Positions 9,886 through 18,292 of a stretch of DNA of 64,000 nt are shown piece after piece. Position 1 is the first letter of the stretch. Every line of letters starts with the position of its first letter. This stretch comes from Kiritimatiellales bacterium (GTDB taxonomy: Bacteria; Verrucomicrobiota; Kiritimatiellia; Kiritimatiellales; Pontiellaceae). Location of the stretch: NCBI GenBank assembly GCA_003246265.1, contig QKAU01000051.1:5288-69287 (forward strand), given 5' to 3'. A program made the translations under genes and the position numbers. The notes under the pieces are model-generated. The model ran no database searches, had not been told where the DNA came from, and was given only the letters and a program-made list of their open reading frames with translations.

Positions 9886-10353
9886 ATGAATCCAACCCAT
9901 AGCGCCGAAGTGGTTTGCCGCCGCGTCGGCCTCAACCGGACCGACGACCTGCTCGCCCTCGAGGAGTCCTGCTTCTCCACCGACCGCATCAACCGCCGCA
10001 ACCTGCGCAACCTGCTCCGCTCGCCCAGTGCCTTCTGCATCGGGGCCTACCACGACGGCGAGCTGGTCGGCAGCATGGTGGTGCTGTTCCGCCGCAACCT
10101 GCGCTCGGCGCGGATCTATTCGATCGCCGTGGCGGAACGGGCCCGCGGCCTGGGCATCGGCCGGCGCCTGATGGCCAAGGCCGAGCGCGAAGCGCGGGCG
10201 CGCGGCTGCGACCGCATGCACCTGGAGGTGCGGATGGACAACATGCCCGCCATCGGGTTATACGAGCGGCTGGGATTTTCGGCGCTCAAGGTGCGGCCCG
10301 GCTACTACGAGGACGGCGCACACGCCATGGTCTACCGGAAGGAGTTGGGATAG
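9886..10353 (+). CDS. GNAT-family N-acetyltransferase (RimI-like)
   Basis: IYSIAVAERARGLGIGRRLMAKAEREARARGCDRMHLEVRMDNMPAIGLYERLGF is an acetyl-CoA-binding motif A/B. The first ATG is at 9886 (the listed 9868 is TTG). Confidence 0.85.
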   Translation: MNPTHSAEVVCRRVGLNRTDDLLALEESCFSTDRINRRNLRNLLRSPSAFCIGAYHDGELVGSMVVLFRRNLRSARIYSIAVAERARGLGIGRRLMAKAEREARARGCDRMHLEVRMDNMPAIGLYERLGFSALKVRPGYYEDGAHAMVYRKELG

Positions 10354-10357
10354 CGGC

Positions 10358-11839
10358 ATGTCCAAGCAATACCTAGTGGTCGAACGCCCGGAGGATTGGG
10401 CCCCGTTCTATCCCAGCGAAAACCTCATCACCTTCGAGGACTACCAGCAGCGCGATCCCTCGCCCGACCAGGGCGTGCAGGTCATCAACCTCTGCCGCGA
10501 CTTCAAGTACATGGGTCGCGGATACTACTGCTCCCTGCTGGCCGAGGCGCGCGGCGACCGCGTCCTGCCGTCGGTCAGGACCATCAACGAGCTGAGCCGC
10601 CGTCGGATGTACACGCTGGGGCTCTCCGCGCTCGACAAGCTGGTGCAGCAGAAGCAGGCCCATCTGGGCAAGGAGGGGGCGGTCTTCACCCTGCGGACCT
10701 TCTTCGGGACGACCTCCATCGAGGAACTGCAGGGGCTGGCCCGGCAGCTGTTCGAGCTCTTCCCCTGCCCGGTCCTCGAATCCTGTTTCAAGCGCGTGGG
10801 CGAGACCTGGGCGATCGAATCGGTCAAGGCGGTCGGCATCCACCAGCTGGTCGATGGCCAGCAGGACGAGTTCGCCAACGCCCTCGACCATTTCAGCCGG
10901 CAGATCTGGCGGCGGTCGCGGCGCAAAAAGCGCTATGCCTACGACCTCGCCATCCTGGCCAATCCGGAAGAGAAGCTTCCCCCCAGCGGGAAGAAGGCGC
11001 TTGAGAATTTCGTGCTCGCCGGACGGCAGATCGGCATCGATGCCGAAATCATCGGCAAGAAGGACTACGCCCGCCTGACCGAGTTCGACGCGCTGTTCAT
11101 CCGCGAAACCACGAAGGTCGACCACCACACCTACCAGTTCGCGCAGAAGGCCGAGCACCTCCATATTCCGGTGATCGACGACACCAACTCGATCCTCAAG
11201 TGCGCCAACAAGGTCTATCTTGCCGAGCTGCTGCGCGACAACGAGCTGGCCACGCCCAAGACCATGGTGCTCTACCGCGACCAGCCGCTCATGCTGGAGG
11301 CCGCCATCGAAAAGCTGGGCCTGCCCATCGTGCTCAAGATTCCGGACGGCTCCTTCTCGCAGGGCGTGTTCAAGGTCAACAACCTGGCCGAGCTCAAGGA
11401 GACGACCAAGCAGCTCTTCCAGTCCTCCGTGCTCGTGCTTGCGCAGGAGTTCATGTACACCGACTTCGACTGGCGCATCGGCGTGCTGGGCGGCCGGCCG
11501 CTCTTCGCCTGCAAGTACTTCATGTCGAAGGGGCACTGGCAGATCTACAACCATGCCGAAACCGGTTCGCGGCGGGCGGGCGGCTTTACCACCATGGCTG
11601 TCGAGCAGGCGCCCCCGGAGGCGGTCAAGCTGGCCGCCAAGGCGTGCGGCCTGATCGGCAAGGGGCTCTACGGCGTCGATATCAAGCAGAGCGGCAACCG
11701 CTTTGCCGTCATCGAAATCAACGACAATCCCAACATCGATGCCGGCATCGAGGATCTCCATCTCGGCAAGCTCTGCTACCTGCGCGTCATGGAGCACTTC
11801 TTCAGCGAGATGGAACGCTATCGCTACGGCCAGAAGTAG
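10358..11839 (+). CDS. RimK-like ATP-grasp ligase with an N-terminal RLAN-type domain
   Basis: The C-terminal roughly 290 aa are an ATP-grasp domain (LGLPIVLKIPDGSFSQGVFKV...VLAQEFMYTDFDWRIGVLGG...YGVDIKQSGNRFAVIEINDNP). The roughly 200-aa N-terminal extension (YLVVERPEDW...INLCRDFKYMGRGYYCSLLAEARG) resembles the RimK-like ATP-grasp N-terminal domain. It lies 4 nt after the GNAT gene. Confidence 0.8.
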   Translation: MSKQYLVVERPEDWAPFYPSENLITFEDYQQRDPSPDQGVQVINLCRDFKYMGRGYYCSLLAEARGDRVLPSVRTINELSRRRMYTLGLSALDKLVQQKQAHLGKEGAVFTLRTFFGTTSIEELQGLARQLFELFPCPVLESCFKRVGETWAIESVKAVGIHQLVDGQQDEFANALDHFSRQIWRRSRRKKRYAYDLAILANPEEKLPPSGKKALENFVLAGRQIGIDAEIIGKKDYARLTEFDALFIRETTKVDHHTYQFAQKAEHLHIPVIDDTNSILKCANKVYLAELLRDNELATPKTMVLYRDQPLMLEAAIEKLGLPIVLKIPDGSFSQGVFKVNNLAELKETTKQLFQSSVLVLAQEFMYTDFDWRIGVLGGRPLFACKYFMSKGHWQIYNHAETGSRRAGGFTTMAVEQAPPEAVKLAAKACGLIGKGLYGVDIKQSGNRFAVIEINDNPNIDAGIEDLHLGKLCYLRVMEHFFSEMERYRYGQK

Positions 11840-11896
11840 GCTTGACCCGCCGGGACGAACTTTCCAATCTCCCCGCTTCCAACCAAGGAGAATCGC

Positions 11897-12211
11897 ATGT
11901 CGGAATTCAGCGGTGTAACGGTGGTGCGCGAAGCAAACGTCTATTTCGGCGGCAAGGTGGCCAGCCGCACGGTGCTCTTCCCGGACGGGTCGAAGAAGAC
12001 CCTGGGCTTCATGCAGTCGGGCTCGTACTCCTTCGATACCAGTGTCCCGGAACGGATGGAGATCGTCGGCGGGGAGCTCGACGTGCTGCTGCCCGGCTCC
12101 ACCCACTGGAAGACGATCAAGGCGGGCGAATCGTTCGAGGTGCCCGCCAAGGCCAAGTTCGACCTGGTCGTCAAGACCTTTGCGGACTACTGCTGCTCCT
12201 ACCTCGCCTGA
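11897..12211 (+). CDS. ppnP: Pyrimidine/purine nucleoside phosphorylase PpnP (DUF1255/YaiE)
   Basis: 104 aa. ANVYFGGKVASRTV...GFMQSGSYSFDTSVPERMEIVGGEL...W matches the cupin-like PpnP family. RBS AAGGAG. Confidence 0.8.
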   Translation: MSEFSGVTVVREANVYFGGKVASRTVLFPDGSKKTLGFMQSGSYSFDTSVPERMEIVGGELDVLLPGSTHWKTIKAGESFEVPAKAKFDLVVKTFADYCCSYLA

Positions 12212-12214
12212 GCC

Positions 12215-13621
12215 CTACCGCAGCAGGGTGGCGGGCGTGTCGACCTGCAGGAAGTTGGTCCTCGAAGAGTAGATCTGGCCCCCGCCGATGAAGACCACCA
12301 GATCCTCCATGCCGATGTAGCCTTCGTCGAGCAGCTTGCCCAGGGAGGCGCGGACCAGCTCGTGCGTCGTCGTGGGAATGTCCATGCGCTCCGCGTGGAC
12401 GCCGTAGGCCAGCGAGAGTTCGCGCACGGTCCGCGCGGAGGCCGAGAGGGCCAGGATGGGGGTCTTGCCCCGGTAGGAGGCGCAGATCTGGGCCGTGTCG
12501 CCCGACTTGGTGCTCGTAATGATCGCCCGGGCCGACAGCGAGGCGGCAATGGCGACCGCCGACTTGGCCAGGTGGTTGCGCGGCATCAGGTCGTCCGTCT
12601 GCTGGAACACGGGGGTGGAATAGCCCTGCGAGCTTTTGTGCGCCTCGACGTTCCGCGCAATGTCCGCCATCGTGCGCACCGCCTCGACCGGATACTTCCC
12701 GTAGGCCGTTTCGCCGCTGAGCATCACCGCGTCCGTGCCGTCGTAGATGGCGTTGGCCACGTCGGAAACCTCGGCGCGGGTGGGGCGCGGGTTGTCGATC
12801 ATGGTGTGGAGCATCTGCGTGGCGGTAATGACCGGCTTCGCCCGTTGGATGCAAGCCTTGATCATCCGCTTCTGGATCACCGGCACCTCCTCGGCCGGGA
12901 TTTCGATGCCCAGGTCGCCCCGGGCGACCATCACCCCGTGGGCGACCTCCAGGATGGCGTCGAGGTTCTCGACCCCTTCGAGGTTCTCGATCTTGGCCAC
13001 GATCTTGACCGGGCTCTTGCGCATGTCGAGGATGGTTCGCACCGCCATCACGTCGTCGCGGCTGCGCACGAAGGAGTGGGCGATGAAATCGATGCCGGAC
13101 CGGGTTGCCCAGTCGATGAATTCGGCGTCCTTGGCGGTCAGCGCGGGCATGTCGAGCTTGATGCCGGGCACGTTCACGCTCTTGCGGTTCTTGATGGCGC
13201 CGTCGTTGCCGGCTGCGCAGACCAGCTCGGTCGCGCTCTTGTCGACGACCGACAGCTGGATCTCGCCGTCGTCGACCAGGATGGAACTGCCGACCGGGAC
13301 CGACTGGACGAAATCCTCGAAGTTGACTCGGAACCCGCCTTCGGGGGTGTGGGCGGCGGCGATGCGCACGGTGTCGCCGGCGCGCAGGGCCACCGGGGTG
13401 TCCACGTCGAGGGTCCTCACCTCGGGGCCCTTCGTGTCGATCAGGATGCCGATCCGGTCCGACACGGAACGGATGTTGGCCACGACCGTCTCGGCTTCGG
13501 CGATGCTCATGTGGGCGGTGTTGAGCCGCGCCACGTTCATCCCTTCGTCGTGGAGCTGGCGGATGAAATCCGGATCGCACCGGTTGCTGGCAATGGTGCA
13601 GATGATTTTGGTTTGCTTCAC
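12215..13621 (-). CDS. pyk: Pyruvate kinase
   Basis: (V)KQTKIICTIAS...MNVARLNTAHM...KIVAKIENLEGVENLD...MVARGDLGIEIP...TQMLHTM. The best start is GTG 13621 with GGGAG 8 nt upstream. The listed ORF reaches 13933, but that extension is not protein-like. Confidence 0.9.
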   Translation of the reverse strand: MKQTKIICTIASNRCDPDFIRQLHDEGMNVARLNTAHMSIAEAETVVANIRSVSDRIGILIDTKGPEVRTLDVDTPVALRAGDTVRIAAAHTPEGGFRVNFEDFVQSVPVGSSILVDDGEIQLSVVDKSATELVCAAGNDGAIKNRKSVNVPGIKLDMPALTAKDAEFIDWATRSGIDFIAHSFVRSRDDVMAVRTILDMRKSPVKIVAKIENLEGVENLDAILEVAHGVMVARGDLGIEIPAEEVPVIQKRMIKACIQRAKPVITATQMLHTMIDNPRPTRAEVSDVANAIYDGTDAVMLSGETAYGKYPVEAVRTMADIARNVEAHKSSQGYSTPVFQQTDDLMPRNHLAKSAVAIAASLSARAIITSTKSGDTAQICASYRGKTPILALSASARTVRELSLAYGVHAERMDIPTTTHELVRASLGKLLDEGYIGMEDLVVFIGGGQIYSSRTNFLQVDTPATLLR

Positions 13622-13700
13622 AATCGCGACTCCCTGTGGGTTGGAGGCACGGGGTTCTATACGCTGCGGGCCCGGCGGGCCAGCCCATAGTGGAGGAAAA

Positions 13701-13898
13701 TCACCAGTGCGGCGGCCGCTCATCCCCCGCCGCCGGGGGCGGGTTCGCAAGGTCCGCCAGCCGTCCCTCGAGCGCCTCGATGCGGCGGGCCAGGCGTGCG
13801 AGCTCCTGCTGCTGCCGGTAGAGCTCCGCACCCAGCCCGGCGAGGGTCTCGTCCTGCATCGCCACGATCGTTTCGAGCTGGATGATTCTCTTTTCCAT
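13701..13898 (-). CDS. slyX: SlyX-family small coiled-coil protein
   Basis: MEKRIIQLETIVAMQDETLAGLGAELYRQQQELARLARRIEALEGRL is a typical SlyX heptad pattern. The ATG is at 13898 inside listed ORF 13701..14063. Confidence 0.7.
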   Translation of the reverse strand: MEKRIIQLETIVAMQDETLAGLGAELYRQQQELARLARRIEALEGRLADLANPPPAAGDERPPHW

Positions 13899-13995
13899 GC
13901 GGCAACCATAGCAGACCGGGGCGCTTTGGCCACCTTTTGCGTTGATGCGGTTGGGCGGGACTTGGCATAAGGAGCGTACCAAACGGGAGAAATGC

Positions 13996-15237
13996 ATGGC
14001 GGACAAGCTGCAGGATACCGGGTTCTTGTTGAAGAGTCTCATGGAGAACATGACCGACAACATCTACTTCAAGGACCGCCAGTCCCGCTTCATCATGGTC
14101 AACCAGGCCTTCTGCCGCTGGACCGGGTTTTCCACCGACGAGGTGCTGGGCAAGACCGACTTCGACCTCTTCGCCGAGGTGCATGCCCGCCAGGCCTACG
14201 ACGACGAGCAGCGCATCATCGCCACCGGCGAGCCGATCATCGGCCTCGAGGAGAAGGAGACCTGGGCCGACGGCCGCATCACCTGGGTCTCCTCCACCAA
14301 GATGCCGCTGAAGAACGAGGCCGGCGAGATCGTCGGCACCTTCGGCGTCTCGCGCGACATCACCGACCGCAAGGAGGCCGAGCTGCGTGCGGGCTACTTC
14401 GCCGATCAGGTGCGCCGCATCAAGGAGGAGATGGAGGAGGACGTCCGCATGGCGGCCGAGCTCCAGAAGACCTTCTTCCCGCGCAGCTACCCCTTCTTCC
14501 CCGAGGGCGGCAACCCCGCGCAAAGCCGCGTGGAGTTCCTGCACCACTACCATGCCAGCGGCGTCGTGAGCGGCGACTTCTGCACGGTGCGGCGGGTTTC
14601 GGAGAACGAGGTCGGGATTTTCCTGTGCGACGTCATGGGGCACGGTGTGCGCGCGGCCCTGGTGACGGCGCTGGTCTGCGCGCTGGTCGAGGAGGCGGGT
14701 GCGCTGGAGCGCGACCCCAGCGGCTTCCTCGGCCACATGAACCAGCTGCTCATGCCGGTCCTGCGCGAAGAGGACATGTTCCTCTACGCCACCGCCTGCT
14801 ACATGGTCTACGACACGGCGACCGGCCTGCTGCGCTACGCGAATGCCGGGCACCCCGTGCCGCTGCTCTTCCATGCCGGTCCCCGTACCGCGCAGTGGCT
14901 CATGTGCGATGCCGACGCGCGGGGCCCGGCCCTCGCCGTGGTCGAGGGGGCCGAATACCGCACCTGCGAAACCCGGCTCGGGCCCGGGGACTCGGTGATG
15001 ATGTACACCGACGGGCTCTACGAGGTGGCCGGCGCCGGCGATGGCGAATTCGGCGAAGAGCGCCTGCTCGAGGCCGCCAGCCGCCATGCCGCCATGCCGC
15101 TGGCGGAACTTTTCCCCGCCCTGATCAACGAAGCCCGCCACTTCTCCAGGAAGGGCGAATTCGACGACGACATCTGCCTGGTGGGCTTCACCTGCCGGAC
15201 CTTGGCGGGCGAGGGGGAACGGGGCCATGTCGCCTAG
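13996..15237 (+). CDS. PAS-domain sensor fused to a PP2C/SpoIIE-type Ser/Thr phosphatase
   Basis: PAS region: MENMTDNIYFKDRQSRFIMVNQAF...GVSRDITDRKEAE. SpoIIE region: SGDFCTV...GIFLCDVMGHGVRAALVTA...YANAGHP...MYTDGLYE. ATG 13996 follows GGGAGA. Confidence 0.8.
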   Translation: MADKLQDTGFLLKSLMENMTDNIYFKDRQSRFIMVNQAFCRWTGFSTDEVLGKTDFDLFAEVHARQAYDDEQRIIATGEPIIGLEEKETWADGRITWVSSTKMPLKNEAGEIVGTFGVSRDITDRKEAELRAGYFADQVRRIKEEMEEDVRMAAELQKTFFPRSYPFFPEGGNPAQSRVEFLHHYHASGVVSGDFCTVRRVSENEVGIFLCDVMGHGVRAALVTALVCALVEEAGALERDPSGFLGHMNQLLMPVLREEDMFLYATACYMVYDTATGLLRYANAGHPVPLLFHAGPRTAQWLMCDADARGPALAVVEGAEYRTCETRLGPGDSVMMYTDGLYEVAGAGDGEFGEERLLEAASRHAAMPLAELFPALINEARHFSRKGEFDDDICLVGFTCRTLAGEGERGHVA

Positions 15238-16447
15238 CGATTCCGATGCGGGCCGTCTGCTCCAGGCCCTGATGGATTCCACCACGGACTCCATCTATTT
15301 CAAGGATGCCGAATCGCGGCTGGTCATGGTCAACCAGGCCTGCGCCCGCAAGCATGGCCTGACGCCCGAACAATGCATCGGGAAAACCGATTTCGACCTC
15401 TTCGCCAAGGAGCATGCCGAGCAGGCCTACGCCGATGAACAGCGCATCATCGCCACCGGCGAGCCGATCGAGGCGCTCGAGGAGAAGGAGACCTGGGCCG
15501 ATGGCCGCGTGACCTGGGCCTCGACCACGAAGATGCCCCTGCGCGACGAGTCGGGCAGGATCATCGGGACCTTCGGCGTTTCGCGCGACATCACCAACCA
15601 CAAGCAGGCCACCCTGCAGGCCGCGCGCTACGCCAAGGAGGTCCGGAAGATCAAGGAGGCCATGGAGGAGGATGTCGGCATGGCCGGCGAGCTCCAGAAG
15701 ACCTTCTTCCCCCGCTCATACCCCCTCTTTCCGGAGGATGCGCCGCCGGGTGGGGGATGCGTCGAATTCCTCCACCACTTCACCCTGGAGCGGCCCGTGA
15801 GCGGCGACTACTGCTCCATCAAGAAGCTCTCGCCGACCGAGGCGGGCGTCCTGCTGTGCGACGCCCGCGGCGTCGGGGCCCGCGCCGCCCTCGTCACCGC
15901 CCTGATTCGCGGCGTAGCGCAGGAACTGCATCCCTTGGAGCGCGATCCGGCCGCCTATCTTTCGCGCATGGGGCAGATGCTCCATCCGCTCCTGCACAAG
16001 GACGGGTCGCTGCTGGAGGTGACCGCCTGCTATCTGGTGCTCGATGTTGCCGCAGGCAGTGTTCGCCTGGCCTGCGCCGGGCACCCGGTGCCGATCTTGT
16101 TCCATCCGGGCGAACCGCCCCGCCGGATATTCGAGAACCTGGTCTTCCGCGGACCCGCACTGGCCACCGACTGGGGGGTGCGGTACCGGGCCATCCAGCG
16201 GCGCATCGAGCCGGGCGATTCCGTCGTGCTCTACTCCAGCGGCCTGATCGGATTCTCCGACCGGCATGGCTACGCCTACGGGGAGCAGCGGCTCCTGTCC
16301 GATGCCGCCAATTTTTCGGGCGAACCGCTGGCCGAGATCTTCCGCGGCCTGCAGGAGGACGCGCTTGCCGTGTCGCAGCATGGCCGGTTCGACGACGACC
16401 TGTGCATCGTCGGCTTCAACTTCAGGCATGCGATGGAGCGCCCATGA
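15227..16447 (+). CDS. PAS-PP2C/SpoIIE phosphatase, tandem paralogue
   Basis: Same architecture and long identical strings as the upstream gene (AYxDEQRIIATGEPI, LEEKETWADGR.TW, GTFGVSRDIT, ELQKTFFPRSYP). Its start overlaps the upstream stop by 11 nt. Confidence 0.8.
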   Translation: MSPSDSDAGRLLQALMDSTTDSIYFKDAESRLVMVNQACARKHGLTPEQCIGKTDFDLFAKEHAEQAYADEQRIIATGEPIEALEEKETWADGRVTWASTTKMPLRDESGRIIGTFGVSRDITNHKQATLQAARYAKEVRKIKEAMEEDVGMAGELQKTFFPRSYPLFPEDAPPGGGCVEFLHHFTLERPVSGDYCSIKKLSPTEAGVLLCDARGVGARAALVTALIRGVAQELHPLERDPAAYLSRMGQMLHPLLHKDGSLLEVTACYLVLDVAAGSVRLACAGHPVPILFHPGEPPRRIFENLVFRGPALATDWGVRYRAIQRRIEPGDSVVLYSSGLIGFSDRHGYAYGEQRLLSDAANFSGEPLAEIFRGLQEDALAVSQHGRFDDDLCIVGFNFRHAMERP

Positions 16448-17091
16448 GGCGGGCCCGCCTGCTGTTCCTGGGCTGCGGGATCGCCACCGCGCAGGCCGGC
16501 CTCGAATGGGGACCCCGGGTCCAGGTCCTGGCCATCGATCCCGTACAGATCTCGGCGACCGCCGCGTTCTGCTTCACCAACGGCGGTCCTTCGGTCGTCG
16601 AGATCCGCGAGGTGGCCGTTTCGTGCGGCTGCCTGGTACCAAAGCTCGGTAAGCGTACCTTTGCGCCCGGGGAGGCCGGCGTCCTGGCGGTCGAATTCGA
16701 CCTGCGCAACCGGACCGGCCCGCAGCGCAAGGCCCTCCACGTGCGCTCGGGCGATGGCGGGGAGGCCGAGCTAGCCCTGGTGTGCGACATCCCGGTCCTC
16801 TACGAAACCCATCCTGCGTTGCTGACCTGGGCGCAGGGGGAGGGGATGGAGGCGAAGACGGTCCGGCTCGTCAATCCCAACGCGGTGCCCATACGGCTGG
16901 TTTCGGCCGACTCGTCCCATTCCGGGTTTTCCGTGGAGCTCAAGACCGTCCGGGAAGGGTTCGAATACGAAGTGGTCGTTGGCCGCACCTCGGACAAGTC
17001 TAATCTCCGCACGGTCGTTCGCATCGCCACCGTGCCGCCGCCCGGCCAGGCGGAGTCCAAAACAGTCCGCTTCTACGTCCACGCGAAGTAG
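16444..17091 (+). CDS. DUF1573-like secreted protein
   Basis: The signal-like N-terminus MRRARLLFLGCGIATAQA and the VSCGC motif (EIREVAVSCGCLVPKL) are characteristic of DUF1573. It is ATGA-coupled to the preceding phosphatase gene. Confidence 0.65.
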   Translation: MRRARLLFLGCGIATAQAGLEWGPRVQVLAIDPVQISATAAFCFTNGGPSVVEIREVAVSCGCLVPKLGKRTFAPGEAGVLAVEFDLRNRTGPQRKALHVRSGDGGEAELALVCDIPVLYETHPALLTWAQGEGMEAKTVRLVNPNAVPIRLVSADSSHSGFSVELKTVREGFEYEVVVGRTSDKSNLRTVVRIATVPPPGQAESKTVRFYVHAK

Positions 17092-17100
17092 GCGATCGCC

Positions 17101-17805
17101 CTATGCCCCCCGCAGGACCAGTTCACCGACATGCGGTGAAAAACGGGTGCGCAGGGCGCAGAGGCGCGCGGCACTGGTGCGGGGCAGGCTGCGATAGCGC
17201 TCGCCGGGCAGGTCCTCGCGGGGAATGAAGGCCTGCAGGGCGTAGCGCCTGGAGCCCTGGACCAGCTCGCGGATCGATTCCATCTGTTCGTCGGTGTGGA
17301 CCCCTTCGATGATGGTGGTGCGGAACTCGTAGTCGTTCGCCCCGGCCTTGATCAGCTCGATCGAGCGCTGGATGTCGTTGGTGCCGGCATAGCCGACGAG
17401 GCCGGGATAGCCGGAGAGGCCGGTCTTGATGTCCATGGCCACGTAGTCGACATGCGGCAGGCATTCGGCCAGCCGGTCGGGGTTGGAGCCGTTGGTGTCC
17501 AGCTTGACCGCGAAACCGCACCGTTCCCTGAAAAAGCGCAGCAGGTCGACCACGTCGTCGCAGCAGGTCGGCTCCCCGCCGGTGAGGACGGCACCATTGA
17601 CCCACGCCTTCCTGAACCCGGCGCAAGCCGTTTCCAGCGTCTCCCACGGCAGGCCCGACTGCCTCCTGCCCATGAGTGCGGCGTTGTGGCAGAAGCCGCA
17701 GGCGAAGTTGCAGCCGCTGGTGAAGAAGACCGCGGCGAAGCGCTTCGGATAGTCGACCAGCGAAGGCTTTTCGAGGTAGGCGTAGATGGATGAGCGGTCG
17801 TCCAT
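17101..17805 (-). CDS. nrdG: Anaerobic ribonucleoside-triphosphate reductase activating protein (radical SAM)
   Basis: FFTSGCNFACGFCHN is a CxxxCxxC cluster motif. Size, and position downstream of nrdD, both fit. Confidence 0.9.
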   Translation of the reverse strand: MDDRSSIYAYLEKPSLVDYPKRFAAVFFTSGCNFACGFCHNAALMGRRQSGLPWETLETACAGFRKAWVNGAVLTGGEPTCCDDVVDLLRFFRERCGFAVKLDTNGSNPDRLAECLPHVDYVAMDIKTGLSGYPGLVGYAGTNDIQRSIELIKAGANDYEFRTTIIEGVHTDEQMESIRELVQGSRRYALQAFIPREDLPGERYRSLPRTSAARLCALRTRFSPHVGELVLRGA

Positions 17806-17884
17806 GGGACGGGTGGGCGGATGAAAGTGCCCGCCAGGCGCGGAGGGAAAGAGGTAGCCGCGCCTGGCGGGCGGGGAGGGGAAA

Positions 17885-18280
17885 TCACTCCTCGGTTTCG
17901 TCGAGCACGGATTGGATCATCTTGGGCGAGATGATCCCCTTCCCGGCGTCGGAATAGTCGGTCTGCAAGCCGAGGTAGTGGTAGAGCTTGGCCTTGTTGC
18001 AGACCGGGTCCGGTTCCCCGGGCCGGCGGGCGGGGACGGGCAGGTATTCGCCCTCCCCGTCGTCCCAGCGGGTCACGAGCATGGCCGGGATGCGCGAGGG
18101 GTTGATGCACTCGGCTTCGGAAAAGGCGACGAGGCCCTCGATGGTCTCCACATCGCAATAGAGCTTATCGAAACTGGCGTACGCATCCTTGCCCAGCAGC
18201 TTGTCGAGCCGCTGGTTGAGGGTGTGGCACTTATCGCAACCCTGTTTTCCGAAAACCCTGATCTGGTATTTTGCAGCCAT
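17885..18280 (-). CDS. Thioredoxin-fold (glutaredoxin/NrdH-like) redoxin with a CDKC active site
   Basis: IRVFGKQGCDKCHTL (beta-strand followed by CxxC) and a later IPAMLV (cis-Pro position). It sits between nrdD and nrdG. Confidence 0.6.
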   Translation of the reverse strand: MAAKYQIRVFGKQGCDKCHTLNQRLDKLLGKDAYASFDKLYCDVETIEGLVAFSEAECINPSRIPAMLVTRWDDGEGEYLPVPARRPGEPDPVCNKAKLYHYLGLQTDYSDAGKGIISPKMIQSVLDETEE

Positions 18281-18292
18281 GGCCCTGTCCCC

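Noticed and set aside
7396-10221. 941-aa minus-strand ORF over the crotonase, ALDH and GNAT genes
   Set aside because: The same antisense-of-high-GC artefact. It has low-complexity R/A/G/P composition, and the plus-strand genes carry unambiguous catalytic motifs.
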